From Eledone cirrhosa (taxonomy: Eukaryota): a stretch of DNA of 64,000 nt. The notes under the pieces were generated by a model. The model was given only the letters and a program-made list of their open reading frames with translations, did not search any database and was not told the origin of the DNA. Made by a program: the position numbers and the translations under genes. This document shows positions 13,922 to 26,650 of this stretch, piece by piece; position 1 is the first letter of the stretch; the number at the start of each line of letters is the position of its first letter. The stretch covers positions 6,200,001-6,264,000 of the forward strand of contig OZ024749.1 in the NCBI GenBank assembly GCA_964016885.1, read 5' to 3'.

Positions 13922-15735
13922 TTAACGATGATGGCATACTTGCCATCACCGACACTGATAAGAAGGTAGCTTGGAAGTGTCACTATGAAAGGCTACTAAA
14001 TGAGGAGAATAAATGGGAGAAAGACAGTCTCCCCCATATCGACCCGATAGAGGGACCAGCAGTGTTAGTCGAGGGGAGTATAATAAGTAAGGCAATCAAG
14101 GATATGAAGACTGGTAAGGCGGCTGGGCCTTCGGAAATAGTTGCTGAGATGCTGAAGGCATCTGGCACGGTGGGACACACCATGGTCACCCGCATAGTTA
14201 ACCAAGTCGTACAGAATGGGGTTGTTCCGAAGGACTGGCATAGCAGCATCATCGTTAACTGTTATAAGGGTAAAGGAGACGCCCTAGATAGGAGTAACTA
14301 TAGAGGCATTAAATTAATCGACCAGGTCATGAAGGTCACGGAAAAAGTAATAGCGCAACTAATCAGAGAGAGAATTGATCTAGATGAAATGCAGTTCGGG
14401 TTTGTGTCAGGCAAAAGCACCACAGACGCTCTTTTCATAGTACGACAACTACAGGAGAAGTACCTAGCTAAAGGTAAACCCCTCTACTTAGCTTTTGTCG
14501 ACCTGGAGAAAGCCTTCGACAGAGTCCCCCGCTCCATTATCTGGTGGGCTCTTAGAAAACTAGGCGTTGACGAATGGCTTGTGAGGGCTATACAAGCCAT
14601 GTATAAAGAAACAGTCAGCAAGGTTAGAATTAACAACGAATATAGTGAAGAGTTTAGCGTAAAAGTTGGCGTCCATCAGGGCTCTGTTCTCAGCCCCCTA
14701 CTATTTATTATTGCCCTTCAGGCTATAACAGAGGAGTTCAAGACAGGCTGCCCATGGGAACTCCTATACGCAGACGACCTGACACTCATAGCGGAATCAA
14801 TGGCCGAGCTAGAGAAGAAATTCCAAACATGGAAGCACGGCCTAGAGTCAAAAGGACTTAAAATTAACCTGGCTAAGACCAAAGTTCTAGTTTGTAGGAA
14901 AGAAAACAAGGCGGCGGTCCCTTCTGGGAAATGGTCGTGCTCGGTATGTAGGAAAGGCGTAGGTAGAAACTCCATCTTATGTCCTAAATGCAAAGTATGG
15001 GTGCATAAAAGATGTAGTGGGATCACAGGTAAGCTAACTAAGAACATAGACTTTACATGTGGCCGGTGTTCTGGTGCAATAAGTAGCAGCAAGTGCCCAC
15101 AAAATACTAGCTCTTTCAATTGCGCAGAGGGTTTTATAGAAATAGTGGACAGCTTCCGTTACCTGGGCGATAAAATCAGCAGTGGGGGAGGGTGCTCTGA
15201 AAGTACTGTAGCTAGAGTCAGAACTGGTTGGAAAAAGTTCAGAGAGCTTATACCACTATTAGCTGCTAAAGGGTTCTCCCTAAAAATGAAAGGCAGGTTG
15301 TACGATGCCTGCATACGAACAGCAATGTTGCATGGTAGTGAGACCTGGGCATTGTGTGCAGAGGATATACGCAGACTAGAGAGGAACGAAGCTTGCATGC
15401 TCCGCTGGATGTGTAACAGTAATATACGTGAACGGCAAAGCATAAACGAACTAAGGAAAAAATTAGAGATAAGAGGGATCAGATGTTGTTTACTCGAGAG
15501 AAGGCTGCGTTGGTATGGACACGTGATGCGCATGAAAGTCGATAGCTGTATTACAAAGTGCAGGGCAATAAAGATAGACGGTAGCCACGGAATAGGCAGA
15601 CCTAGAAAAACATGGGATGAGCTGATAAACTCCGACCTCACACACTTACACCTCTCCAAGACAATGTCACTGGACCGTGACCTTTGGCGGTACTCAGTAA
15701 CAGAGAAGACCCGCCTTGCCAGTAGGCATCTCTAA
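13921..15735 (+). CDS. RTE LINE ORF fragment: reverse transcriptase with inserted PHD-like finger (APE endonuclease lost by 5' truncation)
   Basis: About 604 uninterrupted codons. The first 23 aa of the track ORF (13852) are translated TA repeat. Confidence 0.9.
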
Positions 15736-16035
15736 CAAAATACACCCCTCCCGCCGCCACCCCCACCCCATCCACACCACCCCGTTCTATGTAAAGTTAT
15801 GTTGGTGCCGCGCCATCCAGGCCGAAACAAATGAGATCGTGTAGGTGTCACGACAAAAAAACACACAGTCCACGCTGTAATGTGGCCATGTAGGCAACAC
15901 GGTAAAAACCTCCCAGACAGTCCTATGCGAGCAAGACAATCACTCTTGCCTCAAGTGGGACTACCCCCGTCCAAACCCATGCAAGCGTGGAACACGGACG
16001 TTAAACGTTGATGATGATGATGATGATGATGATGA
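13921..16035 (+). mobile_element. 5'-truncated RTE-clade LINE with 3' UTR and (GAT)n tail, inserted in (TA)n
   Basis: Open frame 13921-15735 with RT motifs ([48 protein letters not shown]) and RTE C-terminus [11 protein letters not shown]...GRPRKTW. 3' UTR ends in tgatgatgat. Confidence 0.95.
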
Positions 16036-16386
16036 TATATATACACCTTTATAAATACATATATATATACATATATATATACCTACATATATATAAATGA
16101 AAGGTATAGACAATATATACCTACATATATATATATATATAAATATATATATACCTACACACACACATATATATATATATATACAGATTATATGTGTGTG
16201 TGTGTAATCAAATAATTAAATTTAGTAAAACAATAGAAACCAAACAAGAAATGTTTTGAGCAAAAATTAAACAGAAATAGAAAAGTTTGCCCAGTTTGGT
16301 GATAGAAGTCACTGGCCAAAGATTAGAATATATAATCAAGATATTTAATAAATAAGCCACCTATCTATTGATTTTTCAATCTTTTG

Positions 16387-16418
<32 letters not shown>

Positions 16419-16544
16419 ACATATATTTGTGTACATATATATATATATATATATATACATATATTTGTGTACATTTATATATATATATATATATACATAT
16501 ATTTGTGTACATTTATATATATATATATATATATATTTGTGTAC

Positions 16545-16587
<43 letters not shown>

Positions 16588-16721
16588 AATATGTGTATGA
16601 TTATGTACATATATATTTATTTAGTCTTGGATTTTAGTCTTCAAATTTATTATTATTACTATATTTATTTATATATATAATTATATGAATATTTTTGTAT
16701 GTGAGTGTATGTATATGTATT

Positions 16722-16764
<43 letters not shown>

Positions 16765-16820
16765 TACATGCATACATAAATATACATACACACATATATA
16801 TCTTTCTCTCTCTCTCTCTA

Positions 16821-17468
16821 TCATCATCATCATCATCTGACGTCCATCTTCCACGCTTGCATGGGCTTGGATGGGAGTTTTCCCCCTTGAGGCAAGAGTG
16901 GTTGTCTTGCTCATATAGGACTGTCTGGCGGGTTTTCTACAGCTGGATGCCCTTCCTAACATTAACCACGTTTACAGTGTGGAACTGGAAGGTTTTTCCC
17001 GTGTTACCTACACGGCCACATTACAGCGTGGACTGTGTGTTTTTTTGTTGTGACACCTACACGACCTCATTTGTTTCAGACTGGATGTTGTGGTACCAAC
17101 ATAACTTTACATTGAAAGGGGCGGTGTGGATGGGGTGGGGGTAGTGGGACGGGGGTGTATTTTGTTAGAGGTGCCTACTGGCTGTAGTAGGTTTTACTTT
17201 GTATTTAGGTAAGACGGGTCTTCTCTATTACTGAATACCGCCAAAGATCTCGGTCCAGTAACATTGCCTTGGAGAGGTGTAAGTGTGTGGGTCGGAATTT
17301 ATCAAGTCGTCCCAGGTTTTTCTGGGTCTGGCTACTCCGTGGCTACCGTCTATTTTTATTGCCCTGCACTTTTTTATACAGCTGTCGTCTTTCATGCGCA
17401 TCACGTGACCATACCAACGTTGTCTTCTCTTGAGTAAACAACATCTGATCCCTCTTATTTCTAATTTT
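16821..17468 (-). mobile_element. RTE LINE 3' fragment
   Basis: Reverse complement of the RTE C-terminus ([12 protein letters not shown]...WYGHVMR) plus 3' UTR and tail. Confidence 0.92.
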
Positions 17469-17482
17469 TCTCTCTCTCTCTC

Positions 17483-17518
<36 letters not shown>

Positions 17519-18304
17519 AATATATATATATAAATATGTGTATGTATATGTACATATATATATATATTTATTTATATATATAATTATATGAATATTTATG
17601 TATGTGAGTGTATGTATATATATATATATATATATATAGGTAGATGCATACATATATATACATACACACATATCTATATATATATGTTTATATCTATATG
17701 TACATGCATACATACACACATATATATATATGTACATACACACTGACACACACTCAGTTTGATATCCCAAACGTATTATCATGATTATATCAATATCAAT
17801 GCTAGAATTATAAAGAAAGCCAGTATTATATGAAAAAGGAAATTACTCTTGAAAAATATATTTTGATAGAAAAAAAATTAAAATTACGGCTATTATCATT
17901 ATTACTATTACCAATGTTACTATTATCCTAATTATCTCAATTATTATTAATATTATCAGTTAAAAAATATATTAACCTCCATACAAATGAGATCAAGGCC
18001 TGGTTAATGTCACTTTTTTTTTTTTTTACCAGCAACTAGCAGTGATATGTAGAAGCAAAGGAAAGTGACATGTAAAAAAGATAATGTCCATCGTTTCTTA
18101 ACTGATGTTCAATTAAGTCTTATTGTCCTGTACCACATGAAACCTCGTTGGCAAGAGATTCTTTAAACATAAAACAAAACTGTGATTGAATCACTTAAAA
18201 AATAAAATTATTTACTGTAGCTTATTTGAAATATTTACAATATACTGTCAATTAGTAAAGATATAATAAAGATTTTAATCACCAAACCATTTGAAATCTC
18301 ATTA

Positions 18305-18808
18305 ATCATCATCATCATCATCCAGTTTTTGATTATACACGAACAATCCCTAAGAAGGGGTGTGTTCTTTCTGACAGCGCTCCTTAGTGTCTCACTCCAT
18401 CTGTTTCTGTCCGCTGGTCTCACTAGGGCCAGACCAAACCAAGCTTCATCCCAACAGACATCCTCCATCCAAGTCCTTCTTGGTCTTCCTGGCTCTCTAC
18501 TGCTTCCTGGATCAACATTCATCCCTTTGTTGATCAAGTCCCCACTGCACTTGACATGACCATACCAGCATCTTCCTGGGTTTCTAATGCTTCTTAGATT
18601 GACATCACTTTGTTGATCCAGACCCCACTGCACTCGACATGGCCATACAAGTTCATGTATCTCGTGTGAAGCACATCCTCGATCAGCAGTCTTTTCAGGA
18701 TCTCAGTTGAGCTGACATCATCCTCAGTGGTCACACCACGCATCTAGTGGATCATAGTTCTGACATCCATTCTGAGCTGATTCAGACAGTTGGATGACAG
18801 GGCCCAGA
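18305..18808 (-). mobile_element. Decayed RTE-clade LINE 3' fragment, different subfamily
   Basis: WYGHVKCS...PGRPRRTWMEDV...DRNRW followed by a (GAT)n tail. Confidence 0.8.
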
Positions 18809-19099
18809 TATTTTTTAAAAGTACAAAACAACACTGTCTACTCATAAAAATACATTAAACATTTGTATTTAGAAGCCACATAAAACCACATTCGCAAGAC
18901 ATTCTTCGAAAGTACAAAACATCCCTCAAACTTGGTGTTTTTAGTTGAGTTGAATTTAGGGCATACCTTGAAAAGGATGTGATCTGCCAGGTTTAATTCT
19001 CCAAATGGCATGCCCACATCTCTATTGGTAGGTAAGAGTCCATGCACATAATCTAATTTAAGTACTCAGACCTACTCTCTGGTCGGAGTATAATTCATT

Positions 19100-19290
19100 G
19101 GTGGATGGCAGTATCGGTAGAGGGTCGGACGCCATGCTTTGCAGCAAAGAGTTACGGCCCTTGCCATTCTGAGTTCAATCCCGTCGAGGTTAACTTTGCC
19201 TTTCATCCTTACGGGGTCGATAAAATAAAGTACCAGTAATACACTGGGATAATTGCTGGCCTTGTGCCAAAAAAAGTAGAAACAATTATA
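19100..19290 (+). mobile_element. SINE family B (tRNA-like head, central gcctttcatccttacggggtcgataaaataaagtaccag)
   Basis: A/B-box-like motifs tggcagtatcgg and gagttcaatccc; multiple copies in the window. Confidence 0.82.
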
Positions 19291-19664
19291 TCTTCTTACA
19301 CTGTTTTCTACTGCAGTAACACTTGATTACATTTTACCTTCTACTCAGTCTATATTATAATCTATTTAGAGTTGTTTGTTCGTCTGTCACACATGAATGT
19401 TGGAAGCTCACAAATTCATTTTAAAATGTTTATTTAGAATTTAGTAAAAGCAAGTTGAGAAAGGTGGCTGCATTTGCGTCAAATATTCTAAAATCTTTGC
19501 ATTCCTGATACCAGTAATGTCCGACTGTCACTGGGTCTCTTTCAAGAAATACATATATGTATATATAGTTTCAGAAGATCCCGTTAAGAGTAAAAGCAGC
19601 GATTCTTTGCTTATATATACATATATATATTTGTTGATATATATATTTAAATGATCTAATATAT

Positions 19665-19875
19665 GAAAATAGTCAGGACCCCAATTGGCTGAGCTCTGAC
19701 CATTTTGACAGCTAGATTCGAACTAAAGGCTTTAGTTCAGATCTAGCTGTTGTAACGGCCAGAGATCAGCCATTGCGGTCCTGACTATTTTCCTATTACC
19801 CACTCTACTACCCTAAGTATTGAGTACTTTGGAGGATTATGGTCTAGCTGGTTTTTACTTTTTACCACACCCTAT
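19665..19875 (+). mobile_element. Fold-back insert, half-hammerhead family
   Basis: Arms 19665-19728 and 19730-19792, then tail cctattacccactctactaccctaagtattgagta... Confidence 0.8.
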
Positions 19876-19882
19876 AAAATAA

Positions 19883-19954
<72 letters not shown>

Positions 19955-19956
<2 letters not shown>

Positions 19957-20343
19957 GCACATGGCTTAGTGGTTAGAGCATTGGGCTTGCAATCGAAAGG
20001 TTATGAGTTCAATTCTCAGACCGGGTGATGTGTTGTTTCCTTGTGCAAGACACTTTATTTCACATTGCTCCAGTTTACTCAGCTGTAGAAATGAGATGAT
20101 AGAGACTGGGGTCCATATCATTCCACTGCAAAGTGGTCGTGGAGGTGCCATGGCAAAAAAGCACCCAGCCCACACTGTAAAGTGGACGTGGAGGTGCCAC
20201 GGAAAAAAAGCACCCAGCACTCACTGTAAATGAGGTTGGTGTTAGGAAGGGCATCCAGCTGTAGAAATCAAGCCAGAATCAGTTCCCGTCCAACCTTTGC
20301 AAGCAGGGAAAAGCGGACATAAAATGATGATGATGATGATGAT
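19955..20343 (+). mobile_element. SINE A (two internal ~41-bp units)
   Basis: Family consensus match. Confidence 0.92.
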
Positions 20344-20542
20344 ATATACACACATACACTGTAAATGTGGTTGATGTTAAGAAGGGCAACCAGCAGTAAA
20401 AAAACCTGCCAGAAACACTTCTGTATGAGCGAGACACAGTCTCCTAACCATTCCCGCTTCAAATGGAACAAAACCGTCTAACCCATGCTAGCGTGGAAGA
20501 TGGATGTTAAACGATGATCACGGTGATATATATATATATATA

Positions 20543-20731
20543 TCAGGATGGATTCAGTTTGAACCTGGTTAGTCCATTACTAAACTGAGTACTCAATACG
20601 TAGGGCAGTAGAGTATGGTAATATTATAAAAAGTCGGGACCCCGTCGGCTGAGCTCTTGTCTTTTTAAAGTTTGGAACTGTCTGTTGAAATGGGAAGAGC
20701 TCAGCTTTCAGGATCCCCACACTTTATAATA
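20543..20731 (-). mobile_element. Fold-back insert, half-hammerhead family (diverged)
   Basis: Tail motif tactcaata..gg(c)agtagagt..gtaata and inverted gctgagctct/agagctcagc arms. Confidence 0.65.
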
Positions 20732-20749
20732 TATATATATATATATAAT

Positions 20750-21094
20750 GGAGGCATATGGCTTACTGGTTAGAGCATTGGCCTTGATCGAAAGGTTGTG
20801 AGTTCAATTCTCAGACCGGGTGATGTGTTGTTTCCGTGAGCAAGACACTTTATTTCACATTGCTCCAGTTTACTCAGCTGTAGAAATGAGATGATAGGGA
20901 CTGGGGTCCATATCATTCCACTGCAAAGTGGTCGTGGAGGTGCAACGGCAAAAAAGCACCCAGCACTCACTGTAAATGAGGTTGGTGTTAGGAAGCGCAT
21001 CCAACTGTAGAAATCAAGCCAGAATCAGTTCCCGTCCCACCCTTGCAAGCAGGGAAAAAGCAGGCATAAAATGAAATGATGATGAGGATGATGA
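20750..21094 (+). mobile_element. SINE A
   Basis: Family consensus match. Confidence 0.92.
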
Positions 21095-21096
21095 TA

Positions 21097-22150
21097 TGGT
21101 GTACCTTAGGGGTCTGTTCTTGGTCCCCTTTTGGTTTTTGAATATATTAATGACATAGATGCCAACTTAAAGAATGCAGATGCAACTGAAATATGCAGAT
21201 GACATCAAACTGTAACTTGAGATAAAAAAAAGACAGATCCTGAACACTACAGATCTTGTCTGCAATCAGATCTGGACACAATGCAGCAATGGATCACAGA
21301 CTTGCAACACTGTGGACAAGTGTACCCCCATGCATTTTGGGAGGAAAAACCCAGCATCCACACACTCCCTCCACAACACTAATATCAAGAAATCTTCTTG
21401 TGAACTTGAGCTGGGCATTACTGTCAGCAGCGATTTGCGTTAGACGAAGCACGTCTCTAAAATTGTCAAGAAGGCCGGGGGTGTCTTAACATCACTCAGC
21501 AAAACTTTTGTCAGCTGCTCTCCAACTGTCTATTTAAAGCTGTATAAAGCTAAGGTGTGTCCACACTTAGAATTTGCATCACCAATCTCGTACCCCTGTC
21601 TTGCTCAGAACATTGACCTTCTGAAAAATGTTCAGAGACGTGCAACCGAGCGAATCCCCTCCATCAGGCATCTACATTACTCTGAACGTCTTGCTTCCCT
21701 GGGTATGGATACTTTGAAGCTCTGACGTCTGGCAACTGACTTGGTAAACACCATAAAATTACTAACCATCTTGTCAACAACAACCCTGTGAACCTTTTTG
21801 ATCTCCATGTGTCTAACACACGTAGACATGCTTATAAAATCAGAAAACAGCACAACTCCCATGACTTTCGGAAACATTTTTTCACACTCAGAGTTGCTGA
21901 AGCATGGAACAAACTACCCGCATCAGTTGTTACCTGCCAAAACACTGCATCCTTTAAAACCTCCATGCTTCTTGAAATTCGCCAACACTACACCTGATAT
22001 CCCCCCCTACATACACACGCATACATGTATATCATGACTCATACACTGTTTATTTTCCTGACATTTGTACATTATTCTATGTACTATAAATGCACCTTTG
22101 GTGAGTTGTAGTGCACCTGCGCACTGTACACAATAATTTCATTATTATTC
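21097..22150 (+). mobile_element. Decayed CR1-clade LINE 3' portion
   Basis: GVP*GSVLGPLL...YINDI, KYADDIKL, ENVQRRAT and TRRHAYKI...RKHFFTLRVAEAWNKLP; ATT-repeat tail; stops and frameshifts. Confidence 0.88.
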
Positions 22151-22376
22151 ATTATTACATATATACAAAGAAAGAGAGTGATGAGTAAACACGAGAAAGA
22201 CAGAGAAGGTTTCAGGCAAGTAAACACAATATTTACTTAATCCAACAAACACCTGAAGATGGCAGGTAAATACAACAGGTGAAACCTTGTGATACAACAG
22301 CCCTGATGAGGATGCAAGTTGGAATAACTTGCATTCATTTATAATGAATGAAAGTAGTTATTTGATAGAAACTTAC

Positions 22377-22536
22377 AGTTATCTTCAACCCGATTGAATG
22401 ACTTTCGGTAACTTTCATTGCTAGAGTTCAGTAACTTGATAGTATTATCAAGAGCGCGGTTTTCTTTCTCAGCTTTTTGTATTTTGGCATCTAGCTCATC
22501 TCCAATTACTTGCAGTTCCTCTTTCTCTTGGGCAGC
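22377..22536 (-). CDS. CCDC39: Internal coding exon of coiled-coil domain-containing protein 39 (axonemal 96-nm ruler protein)
   Basis: Minus strand reads ttttgtttttcAG|160 nt|GTaagt and translates as [53 protein letters not shown]. This closely resembles human CCDC39 [50 protein letters not shown] (from memory). Phase 0 start, phase 1 end. Missed by the ORF track. Confidence 0.93.
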
Positions 22537-22955
22537 CTGAAAAACAAAAGTCGATACATAAATAAAAATAACAAGAAAAGCAATTTAAAATAATATCGTA
22601 GTCAGAAGATTTCATTTAATATTTCATCAACAAATATATCTATATCTCTCTTATCAGTTCACACAAATTATCAAGATGGATTTTTTTTCTTTTTCAATAC
22701 CAAAATCTTTATTGAACCTATATATATATGTGCATACACATATATATATATATATATATATGCATATATATATTTATACATATATATATGCATACATATA
22801 TACATATATATTCATATATATATATTGTATATTGTATATATATATACATGCGTGTGTGTGTGTATATATATATATATATGCACATATATATACACACACA
22901 CACATATATATATACAATATACAATATATATATATATATATGCATATATATATAT

Positions 22956-22989
<34 letters not shown>

Positions 22990-23442
22990 GTGCATATATA
23001 TATATATATACACATATATTGCTATGTTTGACATTTCAGAGTTATTTGCGATTAGACTGGGCTGGTTTGATTTTAGGTTTTGTTGTCAATTTCTTCTTTT
23101 CTTTTTTTGTCCCCTTTGAAAGATATTGATTTATTTTTTCTATCTTTTTTTCTTTAATTCAAAAAAAACAAAAAAACAAATATGAAACAGACAAAAATTA
23201 ATCAGTGAAACGAAGAGATGGTTATTAAGATTTTTGTCTTATTGGGTAAAATCGAAGATAAAAAAGAAGAGAAAAAGAGATGAAGATAAATAGCAATGAG
23301 TAAGAAGATAATTTCCAAATGGCTTTCTGGTTTTCCCTCATCTTCAACTGTATACTGTGTGCGACCTACACAGTACTTGTTGCACAAATCTCTCTAGACT
23401 GACAGTGGACATTAGATAAGAAATATACAATTAGAGATATAT

Positions 23443-23505
<63 letters not shown>

Positions 23506-23522
23506 GTATATATATATGAAAA

Positions 23523-23578
<56 letters not shown>

Positions 23579-23589
23579 CATATATTTTC

Positions 23590-23626
<37 letters not shown>

Positions 23627-23727
23627 AATATATGTATATATATGTATGTATATATATATATATATATATGTATAATATTATTCAAAATGTTAACAAATGA
23701 AAAATATTCGGATAATCAAAATATATA

Positions 23728-23789
23728 CTTTATTATATATATTTCAAAGGTACTGTGTTGTTTTTTCAGTACGTCCTCATCAGACAAAA
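23728..23789 (-). ncRNA. Type I minimal hammerhead ribozyme
   Basis: Minus strand: ttttgt-CTGATGA-ggac gtactg..cagtac cttt-GAAA-tatata-TA-ataaag. Confidence 0.7.
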
Positions 23790-24007
23790 TATATGATTTG
23801 ATATATGACATACCGCTACGGTCTTGATTATTCAATTCCAGTATTGGAATCAGATATTTTGTCTAATCTATTGTAAAACTGTATTCATTGAATAATCAAT
23901 GAACCATATTAATCTTTGGACATGGCAGCGATAATGAGGGACAGAGACCGCTGGAGAGAACTCGTCCATGGATCTCGGGAATTTTACCCGCCTTAGATAT
24001 ATATATA

Positions 24008-24348
24008 TCATTCATTTCATTTCATTTTACGTCCGCTTATTCCCTGCTTGCAAGGGTGGGACGGGAACTGATTCTGGCTTGATTTCTACAGCTGGATGCC
24101 CTTCCTAACACCAACCTCATTTACAGTGAGTGCTGGGTGCTTTTTTGCTGTGGCACCTCCACGACCACTTTGCAGTGGAATGATATGGACCCCAATCCCT
24201 ATCATCTCATTTCTACAGCTGAGTAAACTGGAGCAAAGTGAAATAAAGTGTCTTGTTCAAGGAAACAACACATCACCCGGTCTGAGAATTGAACTCACAA
24301 CCTTTCGATTGCAAGGCCAATGCTCTAACCACTAAGCCATGTGCCTCC
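24008..24348 (-). mobile_element. SINE A
   Basis: Family consensus match, reverse strand. Confidence 0.92.
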
Positions 24349-24387
24349 ATCTATATATATGTGTATATATATATATATATATATGTA

Positions 24388-24952
24388 TATCATCATCATC
24401 ATCGTTTAACGTCCGTATTCCACGCTTGCATGGGTTTGGATGGGAGCTTTCCCACTTGAGGCAAGAGTGGTTGTCTTGCTCGCATAGGACTGTCTGGCGG
24501 GTTTTCTACGGCTGGATGCCCTTCCTAACACCAACCACATTTACATTGTGGAACTGGGAGGTTTTTACCGTGTTACCTACACGGCCAAATTACAGCGTGG
24601 ACTGTGTGTTTTTTTGTCGTGACACCTACACGACCTCATTTGTTTCGGCCTGGATGTTGTGGTACCAACATAACTTTACATTGAAAGGGGTGGTGTGGAT
24701 GGGGTGGGGTAGTGGGACGGTGGTGTATTTTGTTAGAGATGCCTACTGACTGTAGTAGGTTTTACTTTGTATTTAGGGAAGGCGGGTCTTCTCTATTACT
24801 GAGGACCGCCAAAGATCTCGGTCCAGTGACATTGTCTTGGAGAGGTGTAAGTGTGTGAGATCGGAATTTATCAAGTCGTCCCAGGTTTTTCTGGGTCTGC
24901 CTACTCCGTGGCTACCGTCTATTTTTATTGCCCTGCACTTTTTTATACAGCT
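24388..24952 (-). mobile_element. RTE LINE 3' fragment
   Basis: Reverse complement of the RTE C-terminal coding region plus 3' UTR. Confidence 0.92.
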
Positions 24953-25027
24953 ATATATATATATATATATATATATGTATCATCATCATCATCATTTAAC
25001 ATCCATCTTCCACGCTAGCATGGGTTA

Positions 25028-25070
<43 letters not shown>

Positions 25071-25072
<2 letters not shown>

Positions 25073-25306
25073 TAAGTGTCTTGAAACAGTGAGCAGGTTT
25101 GAAATTAGAAAATAGAATAGCTTTCACCGTATTTTTGACTAAAGAAATTTTAGCCTGATAATGGTGTTTAGAACCCTCAGATATATGGAAAAAGATGAGT
25201 ATTCATGTGTACGGCAATACTCATCTTTTTCCATTTATCTGAGGGTTCTAAACCCCATTATCAGGCTAAACTTTCTTTAGTCAAAAATACGGTGAAAGCT
25301 ATTCTT

Positions 25307-25315
<9 letters not shown>
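25071..25315. repeat. Fold-back insert between (TA)n tracts
   Basis: Arms 25104-25203 and 25216-25315, plus a one-sided extension. Confidence 0.88.
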
Positions 25316-25337
<22 letters not shown>

Positions 25338-25535
25338 CGTATTAAGGATACTATTTATGGTTATGTATATACTAAAACTTTTTATAGTTATATATATATT
25401 TTAAACCCTAAATAGTGATAGACAGTAATATATTACTACCTTATTACCAGTAAGATAAATAGCTCAATATAACAACATCAGTTGTTCTACAGAACAGTTA
25501 TATAGAAATTACATGAATCAATATATATATATATA

Positions 25536-26423
25536 TCTGTTTATATATAAAATTAAGTATGTGTGTGTCTGTGTATTACCTATAGGGGCCTACATCTTAC
25601 GACCGATTTTCATGAAACTTTACAGGCTCATAGATTAGTCATCGGGGAGTGTTTTCTATAAACAGCGTATCGTTTTTTCATTCCGGAGTCATTCTGCAGA
25701 TAAAAATCGATAGGAGGGTCCCCTTTTTTTAGCTATTGAAAAATAAGATCTTTGGCTCTAGCTCACATATTTTGCCACCGATTTCGTTCAAATTTTAAAG
25801 CAAAATAGAATTTATCATTGCACATCATGTAATGGCTTTATATTTGGCCTTTGTTCTTCAGGGACGGGGTGGTAGCTGCTTCAATATTCAAAAATACCAC
25901 TTTTAGTCTCAAATTTCCACTTTTTCCGCTCTAGCTCCAACATTAATCAACCTACATTGTTCAAATTTTACGCTACGCTAGATCTGATTATTTCACGTCT
26001 TAAAGTGGCTTTACATTTTGTATTTTTTGTTCAGGAACGGCGTAGCAGCCGCTTAAATATTCGAAAATACCACCTTTTCGCTCAAATTTCTGCCTTTTTG
26101 GCTCTAGCTCCCAGATGGTCAAAGGCAAAGCGATCGCCACTGATGTCGTCTGAGCTTTTATTTTTTATTTTGAGAATTCATCGGTTTTCAATCAAGTAGC
26201 ATGAAGAAATTTGGCTTAGTGTTAGAGGTCATTAACTCCATCCCCCAGCATGCCCCTTCGTCAGTCACCTGCGTTTCTCAGTGATAGAGGTTATTACCTC
26301 CCTCCACCGCATGTCTGTGTGAGGCCTCCCATGAGTCATCGAGAAGCAGTCGCTAAGATCAACACCTTTTCATCAAAGCAGATATTATTTTACCTACCCA
26401 GGTAACGCTGGGTACTGCTGCTA

Positions 26424-26424
<1 letters not shown>
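25536..26424 (+). mobile_element. Non-autonomous Helitron
   Basis: A|TC...tatatataaaa 5' end, subterminal hairpin tacccag gtaacg ctgggta, terminal CTAG|T. Confidence 0.82.
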
Positions 26425-26508
<84 letters not shown>

Positions 26509-26592
26509 AAGATAAATGTATATATATTTATAACTTATATTATATATAAATATAATATATAAGTAAATATATTTATAATATTATTATGTATA

Positions 26593-26650
<58 letters not shown>

